Source: Fibrobacterales bacterium (GTDB taxonomy: Bacteria; Fibrobacterota; Fibrobacteria; Fibrobacterales; JAOPTW01). From it: a DNA stretch of 64,000 nt. Position 1 is the first letter of the stretch, and the number at the start of each line of letters is the position of its first letter. Location of the stretch: contig JAOPTW010000012.1 of the NCBI GenBank assembly GCA_051532035.1, forward strand, positions 1 to 64,000. The letters run 5' to 3'. The translations under genes and the position numbers were made by a program. Below are positions 61,194-64,000 of this stretch, in pieces. The notes beneath the pieces are model-generated. The model saw only the letters and a program-made list of their open reading frames with translations. It did no database searches and was not told where the DNA came from.

Positions 61194-61264
61194 TGTGCCT
61201 CCAGTTAAGTATGTTTCTGGAGTAAAGGTACTCAGGTAACCCAATTGAATCTAACGGTGGTGGT

Positions 61265-62134
61265 TTAAAAAATACCGTTTTTAGCCATTTGTTTTGGGGT
61301 GATCCCAAACTCATCTTTAAATCGGGCAATAAAATTGGATAAATTGCGGTAGCCCACAGCGGTACAAATTTCACTGATGTTTTTTTCGGAATTGACAATC
61401 AAGGTACGTGCTTTGTGGAGCCTTTTCATACGGAGCCACTCTCCAGGCGGTTGATTATATATCGCCTTAAACTCCAACTTAAACGCTGTGAGACTTTTAC
61501 CTGCTAGTTTTGCATAGTCCGATACTTGCAGACCTGAGTGGTAGTGATTCTCCATAATTTCACGAATGTTAAATCCTTTGTTTTCTCGGGTTGTTAAGAG
61601 GAGCTGTACAAAGTCAGGATTGGTTGTGTCGTTACAGAGAGTATGGAGCAGTTCAGTTATTTTGAGGGGGAGAATAGCACTCACATCCATATCTGGTTGG
61701 TTTAGATAGGGGAGAATTGAGTGGAGAAACCCTTGGAGTGCGGGCGTCACTGTAATCTTAAAGCCAGAACGGGGTTCCGGTACATCCTTAAGGTTGGTTG
61801 TGTCTTTGAGCTGTTCAATGAAGGTGTTTATAAAGTGGGGTTGGATAAAAAAGACGAGACTCGAAAAATGCTGAGTGTTGTTGAGCACTTCCGCCATGCC
61901 ATAGACCCCACGATTGAGAAAAAAGGCATCTCCGGCCTTTGCGTGAATAGTCGTATCTTGAAGCGTAATAATCTTCTCTCCCTCTTGTATAATACAAAAG
62001 AGGTAGCATGAGAGACTAATGTCGAAGGTGGCTTTAAATGGAGCGTCTGTTCTACGGTACTGTACGACAGTACAACCTTCTAATTCGAGGGTGCCAAAAG
62101 ACGGTGGGTTGAAATACTCAGGGAGTTTAAACAT
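61265..62134 (-). CDS. AraC-family transcriptional regulator
   Basis: C-terminal double HTH: YAKLAGKSLTAFK, RLHKARTL, ISEIC.AVGY.NLSNF..RFK..FG.TP. Confidence 0.92.
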   Translation of the reverse strand: MFKLPEYFNPPSFGTLELEGCTVVQYRRTDAPFKATFDISLSCYLFCIIQEGEKIITLQDTTIHAKAGDAFFLNRGVYGMAEVLNNTQHFSSLVFFIQPHFINTFIEQLKDTTNLKDVPEPRSGFKITVTPALQGFLHSILPYLNQPDMDVSAILPLKITELLHTLCNDTTNPDFVQLLLTTRENKGFNIREIMENHYHSGLQVSDYAKLAGKSLTAFKLEFKAIYNQPPGEWLRMKRLHKARTLIVNSEKNISEICTAVGYRNLSNFIARFKDEFGITPKQMAKNGIF

Positions 62135-62355
62135 TGGCTCTTTTTACTATCGAAGATTCGTTAAAAGTAGTCAATGATAGGTTGATAGAGTAGTGGTGAA
62201 GAATGTTTTTACTTAAACACCTTCTTAAACGAAAACATAGATGCCTACTGTTTTATGCCTATTGGTTCGATGCTGACTTAACTAAAATTATTTACAGAAC
62301 AATGAAAGTGAATTAATGGTACTCCACAATACATTTCAACATACAAAGGCATATA

Positions 62356-63264
62356 ATGATATTGAGTAAGATGATAATAACGGGATTAGTGGTGTTGTCG
62401 TGTTTATACACAAATGGTATGAGTCAAGAAACGGGTAAATATATAAGGCAAACAAGAACCTTGGGAGCCTTAACACTGCCCGAGGGTTTACCAATAGTAA
62501 AGGAAATCAAGTGGTGGAATGATCCAGCCCTCAGTACGAGTCATACCTTGATAATTTCTTCGGGTGGTGCAGAATATACAACGTATCTTGCAAAAAATAG
62601 ACTGACTCAAAAAATTGAATTTAAAAAGGATTGGTTAAAGTTTACGTATTACAAATTAACCAATTTGAGGTATCTCTATACTGATTTTTATGATGATGTA
62701 CGTTATTTTGCCAAAAGAGTCCGTGAAGAAAATATTCAAAAGTCAGTTTTTGCAGTTTCTACAGATCCTACATTTGACCTTACTAGTGGACTGGCTGATA
62801 GTGATATATTTCCTCTTAATGAGGATTTCTTTCATCCGAGTGCTTATACCCTTGCAAGTAGAATTAATTTTGCTGCAGGCAAAATGCCTGCTGATAGAAA
62901 AATTATCCTCGTGGGCAAAGGTATGGGGGGCTGTCAAATGATGAAGGCGGCTAATAAACTCCAGGGAACTCTCGATATAGATCAACTCATACTTGTTGAT
63001 GCATCGTGTACTTTGGATAAGCATGTATCAGAATATAAAAACATCAATTCAAATGTAAAAGAAGCCTTCTCGTTTTATCAGAGATCAAGGTTTCAGCTTC
63101 AAAGTGGATACCCCATATTACAAAATGGCCATCAGTTAAGAGAAAACACAGATGTGTCAAATGGTTTTTGTCCAAAGGTGAGTCATGCAGAGATAGATAC
63201 GTGTGAACCACTTCTCCATATCATGTCATATCTTTCTATGAGAATCATTCATGATGCTCCATAA
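62356..63264 (+). CDS. Exported protein with alpha/beta-hydrolase-like core
   Basis: Signal peptide; IILVGKGMGG elbow, LILVD, SFYQ, SHAEID. Confidence 0.55.
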   Translation: MILSKMIITGLVVLSCLYTNGMSQETGKYIRQTRTLGALTLPEGLPIVKEIKWWNDPALSTSHTLIISSGGAEYTTYLAKNRLTQKIEFKKDWLKFTYYKLTNLRYLYTDFYDDVRYFAKRVREENIQKSVFAVSTDPTFDLTSGLADSDIFPLNEDFFHPSAYTLASRINFAAGKMPADRKIILVGKGMGGCQMMKAANKLQGTLDIDQLILVDASCTLDKHVSEYKNINSNVKEAFSFYQRSRFQLQSGYPILQNGHQLRENTDVSNGFCPKVSHAEIDTCEPLLHIMSYLSMRIIHDAP

Positions 63265-63314
63265 TAGAAGCTTGATTACATAATGTAATAGAACTATTAA
63301 TAACATATCAATAC

Positions 63315-63352
63315 GCGAGCTCATTACTGGTGAGTAAATATACTGAGCTCGC
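63315..63352. other. Stem-loop downstream of the 62356-63264 gene
   Basis: GCGAGCTCA-N20-TGAGCTCGC. Confidence 0.5.
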
Positions 63353-63689
63353 ATACAAATTTGGTATACGAAACCCCCATAATCACCACTATTGGTCTAC
63401 GAAATAAAATCTGATTCAGGCAACATGTGATGCCTGTCACAGACAAAAATTTAAAAAATGAGTATAGGGAAACAGCAGAGTTGGATAATTATTGTAGAGT
63501 GATAGGGTGAAAACGTTCTTTTTAGCCCCTCAAGCCAGTTTTTATACCGCCTCATACCCGTTGGGGACCCCATGCACAACTTTGTAATTTTTTTGCTACT
63601 TTTCCGGACGTATGGGATACACCTGAACAACAGACGCACACATTACCTAGATGTTTGTTTGTCTGTTTCAGTATTTTGAGGATATTTTA

Positions 63690-64000
63690 ATGAAAAATTT
63701 TGCTTTCTTTGCGGGGATTTTATTCGTATCGCTATTACTCATGGTTTTTTCTGGATGTATTGGCTCAAATGATTCCGGTACGGTTTCAAGAGACTATAGT
63801 ATACGGGTTTCAAGTGAATTTCCTCTTGATAGTATTGTGTTTGATTATACTGTGGGTGATGTGGCATATCGTGCATCATATATTGGTTCTGGTTTTGTCC
63901 AAATCAAGACCGATACAAATTACGAAGTATCTCACACTATTATATTGAGTGGCCCTTCAGATAAGGCTGTAGTCCAAATGGAGTATATTGGCTATTCTCA
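63690..64000 (+). CDS. Lipoprotein, 5' part only (runs off the window; absent from the ORF track)
   Basis: GAGG RBS; MKNFAFFAGILFVSLLLMVFSGC lipobox; frame is open to the window end. Confidence 0.8.
   Translation, partial: MKNFAFFAGILFVSLLLMVFSGCIGSNDSGTVSRDYSIRVSSEFPLDSIVFDYTVGDVAYRASYIGSGFVQIKTDTNYEVSHTIILSGPSDKAVVQMEYIGYS

Noticed and set aside
63700..63948. 82-aa ORF from the track
   Set aside because: Overlaps in another frame the better-supported lipoprotein ORF starting at 63690

Overview
This is a bacterial chromosome segment, most likely from a Fibrobacterota-type organism. The inference rests on two Fib_succ_major/FISUMP domains, a TIGR02147-type protein, Ser-rich lipoprotein linkers and T9SS-like C-terminal tails. 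Region 1-16.6 kb is an AT-rich accessory block of secreted proteins (M19 dipeptidase, DUF6345-like protein, 2241-aa mosaic lectin/metallopeptidase, NPCBM lipoprotein, TIGR02147 protein). It ends at tRNA-Gly(GCC), whose 3' end plus terminator is duplicated 2636 bp away around a CHASE hybrid kinase. Region 16.9-41.6 kb holds core and signalling genes (ligA, ppiC, Ig-repeat adhesin, GGDEF, ptsH, mutS, scpB, skp, HD-GYP regulator, hybrid kinase, CPA2 antiporter). Region 41.9-48.7 kb encodes surface lipoproteins. Region 48.9-60 kb is a defence-island-like block: an orphan gene, a 400-bp non-coding 41/42-bp tandem array, a three-part fusion (WYL-type HTH + McrB-N/EVE-like domain + membrane KAP NTPase) followed by a TIR gene, a nonsense-inactivated IS3, an HTH pseudogene and a Menshen-like operon. 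The KAP-fusion/TIR pair with its upstream array is the best candidate for an undescribed system. All domain calls come from motif recognition by eye; no searches were run.
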